A stretch of 64,000 bases of DNA from Polymyxa betae A26-41. Lineage: Eukaryota > Protista > Endomyxa: Phytomyxea. A program made the translations under genes and the position numbers. The notes beneath the pieces are model-generated. The model had not been told where the DNA came from and searched no databases. It saw nothing but the letters and a program-made list of their open reading frames with translations. The DNA lies in assembly GCA_003693705.1 (NCBI GenBank), contig RBZT01000323.1, positions 15,625 through 79,624 of the forward strand, in the 5' to 3' direction. Positions 35,907-49,451 of this stretch are shown here, in pieces. Positions within the stretch are counted from its first letter, which is position 1, and the number at the start of each line of letters is the position of its first letter.

Positions 35907-38361
35907 ATGGATGCTCCAGATCTAGCATGCTGCACCGTTGAATATATCCATGGGTCGCAGCATGGTGCTCTATCCGACCGTTTTGCTATCGAAGAACGTC
36001 TAATATTGCATCGAGCGTATGCCAAAGCTGATAATCGACAGCTGATCAGCTTGTTCAGCAATCAGCTTGCCTATTTCTGCGCTTTGCAAGGCTCGAGTAG
36101 AGAACAAATGATCGAGATTGCAACACAACTTGTCAGCTGTCAAAATGGGACTGACCTTCAGCTCATTTTACGAAAGAGATTATTAGATCTTGTGTCGGAG
36201 GATTTTCGCGATTGCAGAGATGCCTTTTACTCGAACAAATCTGCTGCGTTTCTCACTCAGCTGACTGCCAGAACTATCAAAGCTATTTCTGAATCGGTTC
36301 AGCTATGGACAGAATCGTCGAACAATCAGCCTCTTTATGACCATATTCGCAAAGTGCTACATGAGAATGCAGACAGGTAATGGTCTGACTGTTTTGAAAT
36401 TCATTTTTTAAGCCTATTTGCCCTACAGGCTTAATCCACATCAAAGGCGTCAAGCTGTTATGGACGTTGAGAAATGGTTTTCCGATTCTCTGAAAGAATC
36501 TGTCGTGAAGTCGCCGTCTCTGACTTCTTCGAATTGGGATCGCATTATCTCTTTTGCCGGCTACCAGACTTCTATGAGAACAATTCGGTGTCTAAACAGA
36601 AGTCTATTTTTCGCCTGTCACCAACCCGCGGTTTGCAGTCTGTTTTTTGATCCATTTTTCACAACGTTTACCTGACGATATTAGGCCTGGAAACATGTCA
36701 AACATGTCGACATCGATTTACTCTGGATCCCTTCCACCCAAGAAGATATCAGTTTGCTTTTCAGAAGAACGTCTTCGCTACTGTCGTTGCGATGTAGACG
36801 CGATCCCGGGCGGTTAACTGCTGACACCATATCAGCAGTTGCTAAGTTTTGCCCATGTTTGGAGGAAGTTTGGTTTGAAGGCTGGACGTGTCTGACCGAT
36901 GAGCATGTCGAAACGCTGGCGAAAGCATGCACTTCTCTAAAACGCCTAACTTTGGATTCCTGTGATCTGTTAACTGATTGTGGATTGGCAGCTCTGGCAA
37001 AAAATTGCTCACAGATAGAGAGCTTATCCTTAAACTGGTGTCCAAGGATCACATTGTTTCCCATCCTGAGTCCGGGCATATTTAAGAATCTTCGATCATT
37101 GTCGGTTGCCAATGCAAATGATAGGAATCCCGATATGTTATCTGACGCTGCGTTTTCAAGAATCATTCGCCTATTTTCTAATCTGGACCGGCTTGTTTAT
37201 TCGGGCAGGACCCAACTCGACAACCGAGGATTAGCGACGCTGTCGATTTCCAAATTGGCATATCTTGATTGCTCTAATATCACATCTGTAACAGATTCTT
37301 GGGTCTCAAAAGTTTGCAAAATCTGTCCGAATCTCAAGTTTATTAACCTCTCGAAGTGCCCAGTTGCTAGACTTGACGCTGCCGAATTTGCCTTAAGCAA
37401 TGCTGATCAAGTTATTCTTGCAAACTGCAATAAGCTATGCAATGATGCTTTGCATAATCTCTCCAATTGCCAGAGGCTGTCAGTTCTGAACCTTTCTGGT
37501 TGTGCATCTTTATCAGATCCAGCATTTTCTAAACTACCCAAGGATTGGAGAAGCGTTCGGGTCCTCTGCCTTGATCGCTGCTCTTCTCTTACAGATCGAT
37601 CTATCTCTGCGATTTGCAAACGTATGCCTTCAATCGAGTCTCTCTCGCTTCAGAATCTTCGCCATTTAGGCAATAGCTCTGTCAGCACGATTGTATCGTC
37701 CCTAAACAGGTTGACGCATTTGAATATTTCTGGCTGCTACAAAATCACTGACGCTGGTATTGGTTTCTTGGGTTCGTCAAGATGCTCAATGCGATCGTTG
37801 AATATAAGCAACTTATCAAGCATCACCGATTTGGCAATGCAAAGTTTAGTTTCATTTGGGTTCCTGGAAAATTTGGATGTAAGCGGCTGTAGCGGCCTCT
37901 CATATGAAGGAATCTTGATTTTATGTGCTGCTGCATTCCGGAATACAGTGAGAACACTATCAATCGCACGGTGCTCTGGTGTTGAAAGTGACATCATGAA
38001 ACTGATTGGAATCTGTTTTCCGTTGTTGCAAGACTTGGATGTTTCTTCATGCGAGAATCTATCTGATGCTGGTATGAAGGGTTTGGTCTCTGAATTTTCC
38101 AATATTCGTTGTATCAGTTTCGGTGGATGTACCGAAGTAACGGAGATAGGCGTCAGAGATCTTTTGCAGAAGGCGCCGCTTTTGCGATTTATCAACATGT
38201 CTTGCTGCCCTAGAATATCTTCAGAAAGCACTCAAAAACTACGGCAGGACTTTGTTGGTGTGAACTTCGTCAGCAATCCTCTCGTTCTGGAAACATCAGT
38301 CTCAATGAAGCTTGACCCGCCATCAAAACCGTTTCCTCTTGATCGCGCATTGACCTGTTGA
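35907..38361 (+). CDS. F-box/LRR-type (cysteine-containing LRR) protein, multi-exon
   Basis: Many LxxLxLxxCxxITD repeats in the 535-aa ORF; F-box-like WDRIISFAG..IRCLNRSL in the 36418 exon. Confidence 0.8.
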
Positions 38362-38506
38362 TGCAAAATTGTAATATTTCTGCTATTTATTTAAGGAATT
38401 CAAGCTATTTATGTGGGACATGTTAATATTAATACAACTATGGAGTGATGTGGGCTTTATGAGTGCTGTAGGTCTGTCTCACATAACTTCTTCATTGACA
38501 TCTTTC

Positions 38507-39402
38507 ATGTCGGCAGATAGCAACGTCCCTGTTATCATCGTGAATGCTGCCCTGCACCCAGACATCGCTAAAGCGATTCAAGCATCCAATCTTTTCAGAA
38601 TTAGATCTGATAGCAGTATTGATGCAAGGTAGGCTTAATTCTTGACTGGTATGGGAAATCACGTTTTACCATGCAGTACAGTGTGATCTTACCGTCTTCT
38701 TTGACGGTTGGATTAATTATCGCAACTGAAAACGAATGGCTTTTTACGTAAGTGAATCGATGCTGTGTATGCCTATCAACAGATCTTTAGCCACCGATGG
38801 GAGCAGTTACAACAGAAAAGCACGAAACTGAAGAAGCTATTTCAGCAATCGTATCTGATAGCGATGGTTCAATCTCGCTATGGCCAACGGGTGATTACCG
38901 ACCGATTGATGTAAGAATAGTGGAAGAACGGTGATGTATCATCAACATGGCCCAAACAGTGATAACCTCGGCGAGATACCTCAGCTAATCCTTTGTGCAA
39001 ATTTGGAATTTCTTCCCAGAATTATCTTGTACTTGTCTCGATGTTTCCGTCCCGAGAATTCCTCAACAAAAGAACGAAGACTCAGCACTCACCATAAAAG
39101 GGCATCGGACCCCAACTTGGTTCCTGATCTTCTATCCAACATACCTGGATGCCCAAGCGCTAACGAACTGTAAATTGAATCGAAGGCCTGCAAAACAGTC
39201 TAACTCTTGGGCTGGCAATAGGTCAATACTGCAAGACTATTTTGGAAACATATCCAAGATCGCCAACGCAAGCTATGAAACGATTCTGGACACTACACCT
39301 TGCTCAAGCGAAGCAGCAATGCAAATATCTACGTTCTTCGGGAATAGTTTACAAATTCAACGTTCTTTATTACAAGAAGACAGTGAATACTTGAGCCCAT
39401 AA
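38507..39402 (+). CDS. ERCC4-like + (HhH)2 protein, SPO16/SCRE/PARTING DANCERS-like meiotic crossover factor (FAAP24/ERCC1-like is the alternative)
   Basis: VIIVNAALHPDIAKAI..FRIRSDSSIDASVILPSSLTVGLII and LSNIPG..YFGNISKIANASYETILDTTPCSSEAAMQISTFF. Confidence 0.62.
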
Positions 39403-39899
39403 CAATATATACCTAAACTACAGAATCAGTAAAAGGATCTCCAGAAGACTCTCAAACAAATAAATAAGAAATTTCAGCCCCGAAAGATGGTTAAGATGCG
39501 TGATCATATTTACGCTCAATGAAAAGTGTTTTTCATCAGAAAGTAGTATCAATAAGTATAAAATTATAAATGTCTTGCTAACCTTTACCACAGCCGAAGA
39601 CGAGGACGTTGAACATTAGTACATACTCAAACTACAGAGACCTCATGAGAATGAATGAGAATGGATGAACTCGGACTGCGAGGTTCGGACTTCTAGGCCT
39701 GCCGGAAAGCCGGAAGCCCAGGAGACTCAAATATATGATGTATGCGCTAAACTTGGTCAGGCTCTTCAGCAAAAGTATTGTAAGAAGATTGAAAAAGCTT
39801 GTACGTTTATGATATGCATAAAAATAAATTAAATAACGGTACGACAAAAATTTTTTATAGTCACAGCTATGTTCAATTCTGTTCTGATCAATTCTGGTC

Positions 39900-42800
39900 A
39901 TGGACGAGTTCGTCGTTTTCGCAGAAGCTCATGCTTCTTTGTTAACATTAACAGTCCAAACCTGCCAAGCGAACCCACAGCCCGATAACCTACCAGTACG
40001 GCTGTCCCTCATTGATAAGCTTCTTCTCACGATCGAGAACGCTTCTTCATCGGAGAACCCGGCCGGAACAATCTGCGATCGCATCTCGCGAATCGACATT
40101 CAACAGTAAGCGCTCTGTCTCTACAAGAAAGAAGCTCTGTCTAATCTTCGCAGGATCGCAGCCTCCTTTAAAAACGACGACTGGCAATGGCTGTTTATGA
40201 AGCCAGAAGAGGAAAGACGCGAACAGTCGATACGACTGGTGAACGCAGCCCGTGATTTTGTGGGGACCCGACATGACGACCTCGAATCGTTAACGTTTCT
40301 CTCCTCATTGCTGCTCCGATTCAGTCTCATTGGTTCAGGCTCATTAGACAATCTGATCCTTCAGTTTCTGTTGACGAATGTCCTGAGCTCGGCACCGTCG
40401 GCTGTGCTCAGCGCCTTCCATGAGACTCTGCCAGTCTTGATCACTCTCGTCGCTGATGATAATCTCCTTGGGCGGTTCGCTTCTGTCGTGATACGATTCG
40501 TATCGCATCATGCGTACTGCAACGAGGCGGCGACCATCTTACTACGACATTTGCCTCAGCTGATGATATTCTGGTCGGCCTCTGTCATCCACAAGGTAAC
40601 ATTCCTTTTTAAAACGGTTCTTGCCGGTTTCATGACAATCGCTTTAGGCAACACTAATGCAAATTCTCTCTGCATTAAGCATCAACAATTCGCTTTCTCA
40701 TGTTTTCCCTTCACAACCTGCTGTTAATTCGTTTATTGCCATTCCATCGACTGCATCAGTGCTGCTAGACTCGGTTATCGACAACTCCACCGGCCTTATC
40801 AAGAGCATTAGTAACTGCGATGATATCGCTCTTCGTAATTTGCTGGAATCACTTCGGCTTATCGGGAGGGTTTCGTCTCAGTCTGCTCCTATCGCAGATC
40901 AATTCGCAACAACGCTCTTTGACCATGAATTGTTTATTGGTGAACTAATTCGCACATTACGATCGGAGGTTACGAGGGCTCCTGGTCCCGGAATCGAATC
41001 AACACGACGTGTCTTGTTTTCATGCCGTCAATTGGAGGCGCTGGCTGGTGTGATTTTGGCAATGTCGCTTACTCCAAAGTCATTGTCAAAGGCTAGATCT
41101 CGTATTGAGCGACAAGTTATAGAGAGCGCCGCAAGCCACTGGGATTTATTCGTGGGCCCTTTCTCAAGAATTATGCTAGCCTTAGATAGATACCGTAATG
41201 ACGAGGAGCGATGCCAGATAGCATGGACTGGTCGGCTGTCACTTACCGATATCGTGAAACGGTATGGCGATTACATATTTGCGCTATCAAATGGTGCATT
41301 AATTCGTGTGACATAGCATTCCGCGACTGATTACTCGACTACAATTCGACGACGATTCACTGATATCACATAGTGAATATGAAACTTGCATTGATTTAGT
41401 GTCAATGATCAAGCTTGTCACTTTGTATGCCAAGACTACACCTGATCCATCATATCTTGGCCCTGATCAGGTTCATCGCGTTTATCATGTTCTTATCAAG
41501 CGCCTGTTCGAGATTATTTCGGCGGTTCCTTGCCAACCGGTCAGGTCGGCAGCTTTACAGGCTCTCAAGGAAATAAAGCTCCCGGACGACCAAGGACTGC
41601 TTATTACGGAAATGCTGTCGTCGTTCAATACTGTAATTAGGCATCACAAGATGGAGATGGCGCTGCATATGGTTTACGTTACCTTTCAAGCAATGGTTAC
41701 CTCCGACGATCAACTACAAATCAATTACCACGAAGTTGCCGAAGCTCTATTAAACTTCACTGAGATGTCCGATCATACTTCGATACTTTCCGATCCAATT
41801 CTTGACGATAAGATCAATCAAAATCGCGTTCTTGCTTCCTGCGTTAAAGTTTTCATGCTTGCCTGGCGGAATATTGCATTTGCGAAGGTTGAATTGTGTG
41901 TGTGTGTGTGCTCATAGTTCATTGACGTTCGAAAAGGCAGTCACGGTCATCCCCATACCTACTGTTAGGAAGATCCTTTGTCGAACGCTTGCGTTAGAAT
42001 TTCTGTCCTACATCGAACAATCCCAACGTGTTTCTGCGAAGAAAGACGAGGATGGCTTTTGGCTGCCGATAGGTGGAAGTCAAGACAGCGTATTCAATAA
42101 CAGGTGCTGCTTGGTTGTTGAAATATGGCCTCGGCTGAACGGTTTACAGTATATTGATTGAGCAAACGCTGTTGGGATTTAACTGCAACACTCTCCTGGG
42201 GGTCGTAGATGAACTTTCTGATATTGTCAGGAAGATAGAGACCACAGATGGCGAACAGCCGGAGCGTACATCAAACGAAGGGCTGAGGTCGCGGTTGCAA
42301 TTTCTAATCGTTCGCTGCGTACAACAAATTGCCGATGTTATTTCGGGTGATCGTAAAGACGATGTCCTGCAAAAATTGATTGGTGCTAAAACCTTCGACG
42401 AATGGGTCTCATTACCGAGCGGTCGTCCTGTTCCTGCTTGCATTGAGAGGGAAACTCAACCATTGTGTGAGTCATTTCTAGTATTGTTTATCTATCCCAA
42501 TCATGTATGAATTCAGCGAACTTTGAGAGGAGGCAATATTATTTGACAAAACCCACGAGTGATCACATTGATGGAATTGCGGCTTTGTTGAATCAGTGTG
42601 GATCTTCCGAAGGCGAATGTGACGTAGCTACAAAATGGAGAGACATTTGTCATAATGAAGTGGGTCTTACAAACTGGCTCTCACATGAGGATAAATGATT
42701 GTACATAGAAAAAATCAAATCATGACTCGTTTATAATGGTTCATAAAGCGACCAATAGTGTGGTAGGATTCTGTGGCTTTTCCGGGCCAAAGATCGAGTC

Positions 42801-45760
42801 ATTTATTATCGATTCTTCGTGCCATTATCAAGACCAGTATGACATTCAGCTATGTTTGCTGTCTTATTATGATAGGTGGTCTGGTCTCAACGGCCATGAG
42901 AAGCTCTTCATCGATTTATCACAGCATTCTTCTCAAGCTGCCTTTATGACACGGCACGATCATATTTTTAGGTCAACCACAACTTGCCCAATTCAATCAC
43001 AAAATTGATATAATTTCGTAGGATCCAACAAATAGATGAGAACTCGGTTAAATTTTATTGGAATGTTCTGCTAGAGTATCCATTAGAGGAGAGAATCGAT
43101 CATGATTTAAGCACGATTCAAGGGCAGATCAGGCATCTTCTAACAAAAAGAATACTTTCTGACAGCTCTGAAGAGCCATTGCTCAGTCCTCTGTCTCGTG
43201 TATATAATCTCATTGCTGGGTTCATCCCCATTCCTTCCAAGTCTTCAAATCCTGATTCAGGTCCTCATTCTTTCCGATCATCTCTTGAGTCGTACAGTCG
43301 CCAGATGTATGAGAGGGTTATGAGAAGCCATGCATCCAATGATGCGGTACAACCTCTCCAAGAATTTACATCCGAACCAGCACAGATAAATGATTTCATG
43401 CAGTCGCTAAAACTGGCCTTCATCAAAGAATCTGTAACGTCGTCAACGTCAAGCGTTTGGGAAGAGAAAGACAAATGGAACCCTGTCGCCATCGGCTCCT
43501 TTGAAGAAAACCTTATTGGGTTCACTACTCAATCCATTCAGCAACGATTATTTTGTGATCTGACTGATGCTACTGATTCATCGGCTCGATCCTCCTCTAT
43601 TCTCTCGCCAACTGCTCTAATCAAATGCGGTATGTAGTCGCTTGTAACAGAGTCCCAGTCTAAATTGCCTCACAGGTGACGCTAGACATCAGTTTGCAAC
43701 AGATGCACATCAGCTCTCTGAAAATGACTGCGTCATCGATCCGTCTACCGTTGTCCTCGCTGCCTTCGCTCGCATATTATACATCTGTGTTACAGACGGA
43801 ACCGAGTATAGCAAGCGAAAAGCACAGAAATATCTGCTGAAAAGGACTATGCTGTCGTCTTTGCAACATTGGATCATTGTTAAGGAATTCGGAACCACAC
43901 GTGGTCCAATCGATATCCGCTTACTTTTAGGGAGAACTGCAATTAATCGGTTCGGTATTGGTGCGAAGATATTGGCGACGCTTTCAAGGACTTTAAATTG
44001 GTCGGCTTGGGGACTGGAAGCATTTGTTGAAAGCTGCGAAGAACTGAACGAGCTGCTCTGCTTTGCATTTAACGTTAGCTCAAGATTGACAATGGCGGTT
44101 CAATCAAGGTAATATACAACCGACATGCCTTAGTAATATGCTGACCAATTTTAGGCGAGATTCGAATAGGAAATTGCCCACTTGCATGGAGTCTATGATG
44201 CTTTACCTTACTCAGATGGTCAAGGATATCTTGTTAACGATTCCTTTATTGCATTACATAGATCGTCTAGTGGATCCAGCGAATCCGAACTCCACCTCGA
44301 TTGACGACACCCCTCCTGATGTCCTCTGCCAATTTAATTTGCAGCTTCAGCTGCATGTTACCAATCTCTTGTTCGGAAACCGACGAGTTTTGAAGTACAT
44401 TCAGCATTTTATCTATTACGACCAAGAGCTGTCGGCGCAAACTTTCGTCTCCAAGACAGAAGGAGACGACTACTTTGATGACTATGAAGAGGGTTCGGGC
44501 ACCACCTTAGATCGCTTGAGGATTAATATCTTCAACATATTGGGCATCTTAATGCAAGCGAGTAAGGGCATTGCTGTGAGATTCCGCAGAACAATAACTT
44601 TCAAACAGGCTCAGACATTCGCAATGTCGTCCTATATCAGTATTCCTTAGCCGGTATAAAGTACGACATATCAGTTCGTCCATCGTTTTTGCAGTCCATT
44701 TTAACACAAGCGTCTATCGAATCGTTTTCTCTGTCGCTGCATCAATCTCTACTACATCGACGAATTTTTGCTGTCGATGAATCTATCGAGTACATTACTG
44801 TCATTGAAACAAACACGAAATCATTCTTAGGCTCGTCTACCATTCGAAACAAACTATTAATAATGTCATGTCATTATGTATACGTTAGCAATTTCGATGT
44901 AAGTTTGTAGCTTAACGCACCTCGATCTATGTAAACTTGTTTAACAGTTGCCCTCTGGCATTATAACTAATAACGACTATAAGCTAGATGTAACCAATTT
45001 CTGTCGAATCCACTATTCTGCTGTTTATGAAGTCAGAGTAGATATCACAGGGCAGATCCTGACATTGGGTCACACGACCTCGCCCACTTCAAGATCTCCC
45101 CTGAGATATGAAGTTTGGGCTGTTCGTCTGTTCGGATCCGTTCAAGCCATTGCCAATCTATTCCAAAGGAAATGCGGATTATTTACAACATTGTATTGGG
45201 TTCCGATCAAACTGCTGCCATTAGAAAACCGAAAGCAATACCCTTTTAAGACGGCAACCAATACCTCTTGCCATAGTGTTGAACCTGGATGTTCTGATAT
45301 TGTTCAGTTGCCCAAGATCAAGCTAGCGACACTAGTTGACATCTTGAAGCCGAATGGTCTGCTTGAGAGGAAAGTTCTGTTCTGGACTGAAATGAAGCAA
45401 AACAATAAGCCCAAACACATACTTTACATTGCTGCTGATGTTTCGGACATCATGCAACTAGCAAAACGTCCTCCCCAAGCGGATACCAATGCAGAAAACT
45501 GGAAATGGCCCGTTTCGTCTTGGTTCAACTCTTCATCAACCTATTCGTACCTGCTATCCGATTTGCAAGCAGTTGAAGTAACTGAGACGACAAAAGCAAT
45601 CATGACAATGAGTTTTGTCGGGGATCGGATGGTCAGCATATTTTTCGCATGTGACTCTGCTCGGGAAACATGGAAACGCGCATTGCGAAAGTATTTGGTC
45701 AATTCAAGCAAGAAGAACCCATGGGATATACTAATGATTCCATCAAGAGAGGTTATTTAA
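39900..45760 (+). CDS. Large multi-exon hypothetical protein (possibly more than one gene): helical/HEAT-like body, C-terminal PH-like domain
   Basis: Chain of + strand ORFs separated by ~50-nt GT-AG gaps; terminal VSIFFACDSARETWKRALRKYL resembles the PH-domain C-terminal helix. Confidence 0.6.
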
Positions 45761-45830
45761 TACAATATCTAACGTAGATGTTAAAGTTTTTGTTTGAGCA
45801 GTCATGAATTTGTTGAAAATGCTCTGGATT

Positions 45831-48614
45831 TTAATCAGATCCCGCAGAGAAGTTTGATCCAGGAAATCCTGATCGAGATCTTAGTATGGTTTCACTTGGT
45901 GTGAGAGGGCGACTCTCGTTGGATTCATTCATCGATGCAGGAAAAACGGGGGTTCCCCATTTCGACCGTCTTTTTGGTTGAGCTGAAGATAGAGCAGAAG
46001 GAAGCTGAGATTCACTTACGAATCGCTCCAGTATGTCGTCATCAGATAAACCCTGATAATTCAACCCCTGATAATTCTTCTCTGAAACAGAAGCGGGTAC
46101 GTCAACAAACTCAGATTTAACAGGCAACTGATGTTCAGAGTCCGACTCGACAGGAAGCCAGCTCGACACATTCGGCAACAACTGTTGGAAATCCTCCACG
46201 ATTCCTTCTGGTTCTACAATCCTCTTCTGTAGCCTTTGACGCTGCTCTGCAATATATTGACGCAGCTCCCCGGAATCAAGAGCTAATTTGTCTCGAATTT
46301 GACGAAGAGGTTGAATACATTCGGCTTCAGTCTGTTTCCAATCCAGATTATCTCTTACAGTGACGCTTGTTCTAACTGGAGAATGCTGTCGGGGAATGTC
46401 TTCAGATTTCTTTCTCGCGGGGGATTTCGATTGTGGGGAATTGTGATTTCTTGGATCGTTTGGCTCATCGTTCCTGCATTCTCCGGTTTTGCCTAGTTTT
46501 GACGGTTCATTCCTGACAGAGCTGTTCATCTCTTCAATCTGCTTTAAAAGCCGATTATCGTCTTCCAGATTTTCCTGCTGTTCTTTCAGTTTCCGCTGCT
46601 CTTCCCGTCTCCGTTGCTCTTCCATCTGCTTTTGTAGTTCTTCGCCAAGTTGCCTTCGTTGCACCTTTTGAGCAATCGCCGCTTTCAAAGGATCATGATT
46701 GAAAATGTCTCCAGTAGATCGGGTTCCAGTATCATCGAGACCATCTTCTGACGCCGATGCCAATAGGCCTTCAGAAACCCTCGAGCAGGGACGCCAAATT
46801 ATCCCTCTCTGGGACGGAGATGAACTCCTAATGGGATTTGCTTTGCTTCCGTCGCCTTCACTTTGTTCGCGCCTTCTGTCTTCTTCATCCTGCTTGGCTT
46901 TATCGAGCGATTCTCTCTGTTTGCGTTCCAACATCTGAAAATGCAGTGCTTCAGCGTATTCTCTTTGTCTTTGTCGAATGATCTCCGGCGATTCAATTTG
47001 CTCTCCAAGTGGAAAACCACTTCGATTGGGAGTTTTGACAAAACTAGCAGCAAGACGTGGGTATTGATTTCGTACACGATCAACTGTATGACTAGGACGC
47101 TCTTGCATTTGACGTTGCAGAGCCTCAGCGTAGTCTCGCTGTCTTTGACGAATAACTTCTGGCGTCTGTATCTTCTCTCCAATCGGAAGAGCACTCCGAA
47201 AAGGAGATTCAGAGGACCGAACAGGAAATGGAGATTTGCTGGCTTGCTCTGACCAATCGTCTTGCCCACTTTTCCGACGTTCCCTTATCTGACTCTCCAA
47301 AGCTTGAGCGTACTCTCTTTGCCTTTGACGGATGACCTCTGGCGTTTCTACCGTTTCTCCAGTTGGAAGAGCACTTCGATAAGGGGATTCAGAAGACCAA
47401 TGAGCAAGCCGAGAGCCCTGCTTACTTAAAGGATGAGGTGACGAGAGCTTGGAGCGCTCCCGCATTTGAAGTTTTAACGCTTCTGCATACTCACTTTGCC
47501 TTTGGCGAAGAGCTTCTGGCGTTTCAGAGTTCTCTCCAATGGGAATAGCGTTTCGATAAGGAAATTCAGAGGATCGGGAAACCAGAGGAGACCTGCTTCT
47601 TTGATCTGATGAGCAGTCTAATGAACGCCTAGAACGACGCTTTTCATTGTCAATCTCGTAAAACGGGGATCCCAAATCGGCTCCCCTGGAGAGAAGTTTA
47701 TCTGAAGATTTTCTTCTTTGATGCTCTTGAATCTGATGCCGTAGGGCGCTGTTCAAGTCAATCTGCGATTTCCTTCGACGGCTTATTTCCTTTTCTGGAT
47801 CCCGGTCTAAAGCTGTGATGGATACAGACGGCATGAAGGATGTTCCAGGTTCAGGTGAGCGCAAGCGCTGTGGCGTTCGACAAGAATGAAACGGAATGCT
47901 GGTCGAAGTGGAAGGATCCTGTGACATGGAAATTTGAGCCATCCTCTCTTGAATGGTCTTTTCACGCATCTGCTGCTGAAGAATGCTGCTCATCTCCAGC
48001 TGCATCTTCTTTCGGCGTTGTTTTTCAGCAACAGGATCAATCGATGGAAGTATGCTGCATGTAGAACAAGAAGACAACGCTGTCGACGATAGCGAATGGG
48101 GTCCGTTTTCAGCGGAATTTCGATTTTCGCTCATTGGGGGCCTCAGCTCGTTTCGCTGTCCTATCCGTTCTTGTTCGATTCTTCTCTGTTTTTCCAATAT
48201 TTGCTCTTCTAACAGTTTGCGTGTCGTTTGCTTCATTTGCCGACGACGAGAGGCCTCGCTAACTGGATCTTTGCCTATCATCAACGATTCTCCATGCTGC
48301 GTTTCATCAGCAGCATTACTTCTTGAGCAAGGCTGTTCATGCTTCTCTGTAGATGACGCACTAGAGCTCTGTAGAGATAAATCGTATCCGTGGTCGACAG
48401 GCGATTCAGCAGCTTCCTTAATCGAAGCATTATGTTTGGTGGGATTGGGAAGCATGTGATCACAATCGTCATCAGGAGGCAGATTTAAACGAGGATCATC
48501 CTCGGATATATAAATCCCCTTAGCGGCAAGACGACTGATAACTTGCTGTTTCTGCTGCTGCCAGATAGAATCCTTTGATGGATGCAGCAGCGTATTGCAA
48601 GGCATCGCCGTCAT
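45831..48614 (-). CDS. 927-aa coiled-coil protein, CSPP1/CCDC66-like centrosome/cilium protein, intronless
   Basis: Repeated YAEALxxQMxER helices and QRRQLGEELQKQMEEQRRREEQRKLKEQQENLEDDNRL. Confidence 0.6.
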   Translation of the reverse strand: MTAMPCNTLLHPSKDSIWQQQKQQVISRLAAKGIYISEDDPRLNLPPDDDCDHMLPNPTKHNASIKEAAESPVDHGYDLSLQSSSASSTEKHEQPCSRSNAADETQHGESLMIGKDPVSEASRRRQMKQTTRKLLEEQILEKQRRIEQERIGQRNELRPPMSENRNSAENGPHSLSSTALSSCSTCSILPSIDPVAEKQRRKKMQLEMSSILQQQMREKTIQERMAQISMSQDPSTSTSIPFHSCRTPQRLRSPEPGTSFMPSVSITALDRDPEKEISRRRKSQIDLNSALRHQIQEHQRRKSSDKLLSRGADLGSPFYEIDNEKRRSRRSLDCSSDQRSRSPLVSRSSEFPYRNAIPIGENSETPEALRQRQSEYAEALKLQMRERSKLSSPHPLSKQGSRLAHWSSESPYRSALPTGETVETPEVIRQRQREYAQALESQIRERRKSGQDDWSEQASKSPFPVRSSESPFRSALPIGEKIQTPEVIRQRQRDYAEALQRQMQERPSHTVDRVRNQYPRLAASFVKTPNRSGFPLGEQIESPEIIRQRQREYAEALHFQMLERKQRESLDKAKQDEEDRRREQSEGDGSKANPIRSSSPSQRGIIWRPCSRVSEGLLASASEDGLDDTGTRSTGDIFNHDPLKAAIAQKVQRRQLGEELQKQMEEQRRREEQRKLKEQQENLEDDNRLLKQIEEMNSSVRNEPSKLGKTGECRNDEPNDPRNHNSPQSKSPARKKSEDIPRQHSPVRTSVTVRDNLDWKQTEAECIQPLRQIRDKLALDSGELRQYIAEQRQRLQKRIVEPEGIVEDFQQLLPNVSSWLPVESDSEHQLPVKSEFVDVPASVSEKNYQGLNYQGLSDDDILERFVSESQLPSALSSAQPKRRSKWGTPVFPASMNESNESRPLTPSETILRSRSGFPGSNFSAGSD
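46920..47575 (-). repeat. Four intragenic ~40-aa repeats, ~175-180 nt period
   Basis: SSE(F/S)P(Y/F)RxA(I/L)PxGExxxTPExxRQRQx(E/D)YA(E/Q)ALxxQ(M/I)xER x4. Confidence 0.9.
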
Positions 48615-49451
48615 GCCCTAAACTGGTAAAAACCGTCAACTCAGCAAAGAATGCTCTGCACAGAAAACGAGAATAAGCAAATGGCAGTAAAGACCTTTTC
48701 GTCTTCAATTCGGCTCTACCACTGCATAGAAACATTAACGAGTTACGAAGTGGCGCGGCCACACGAGCGTCCTGGGCTCCAACGGTTTATTATTGCTGAC
48801 ACTGAAGATGGCCATTTGATATTGCTGGTTTTAGGACTCATAACAGATTAACAGTCCCATCCCGACTCTTTCCGAAGCCTTAACCGCTACATCACTGAGC
48901 GGAAGAGCACCAACAGCTCAGTCGAAGAGCTATGCAAACTGATATCGCACCGAGAGTAATTGCTACTTAGACTAAGTGCTGAACAAGCTAAAATCTTACC
49001 GCGCGCATCTACTGCTTAGACTACGAGATGTGATCTCACCAACCGCATTGCCAAGTTCCGAGCCACGACTGAGCCAGAATGACTGAGAGCAAAGGTTGAG
49101 AAGAGAGAAACAATCCGGAAAAGGCGCAAATGACGTCGATCGTCACCGATGGCGACCAAAAAGGATCGACCACAAGAAGAACGTCACCCATGTTGCGGAA
49201 GAAACCAAGGTTGTTACATAAGCCGAAACACAACCGAAGACTTGCCCAAGCGGAAACCAGCGACCATAGGTTCATCACCCGACCGCAGAAGAATGTCTGC
49301 CTTGGTGGGCGTGTTATGTATCGAGCGATTAGGCTGTAGTGTATTGAAATTGCAAACAGACTATGGGATCGTCGAATACACCAACCAAGCCTCGGTTCTA
49401 ATCCTGCGTTAATTAGGTGTGTTTGACGCATTGTAAGGCGATGGTTAGGAC

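Noticed and set aside
41895-41910. (TG)8 microsatellite
   Set aside because: Ordinary intronic simple repeat
48651-49412. Short plus-strand ORFs between the coiled-coil and macrodomain genes
   Set aside because: No coherent spliced model or homology; may be a real small gene but unsupported
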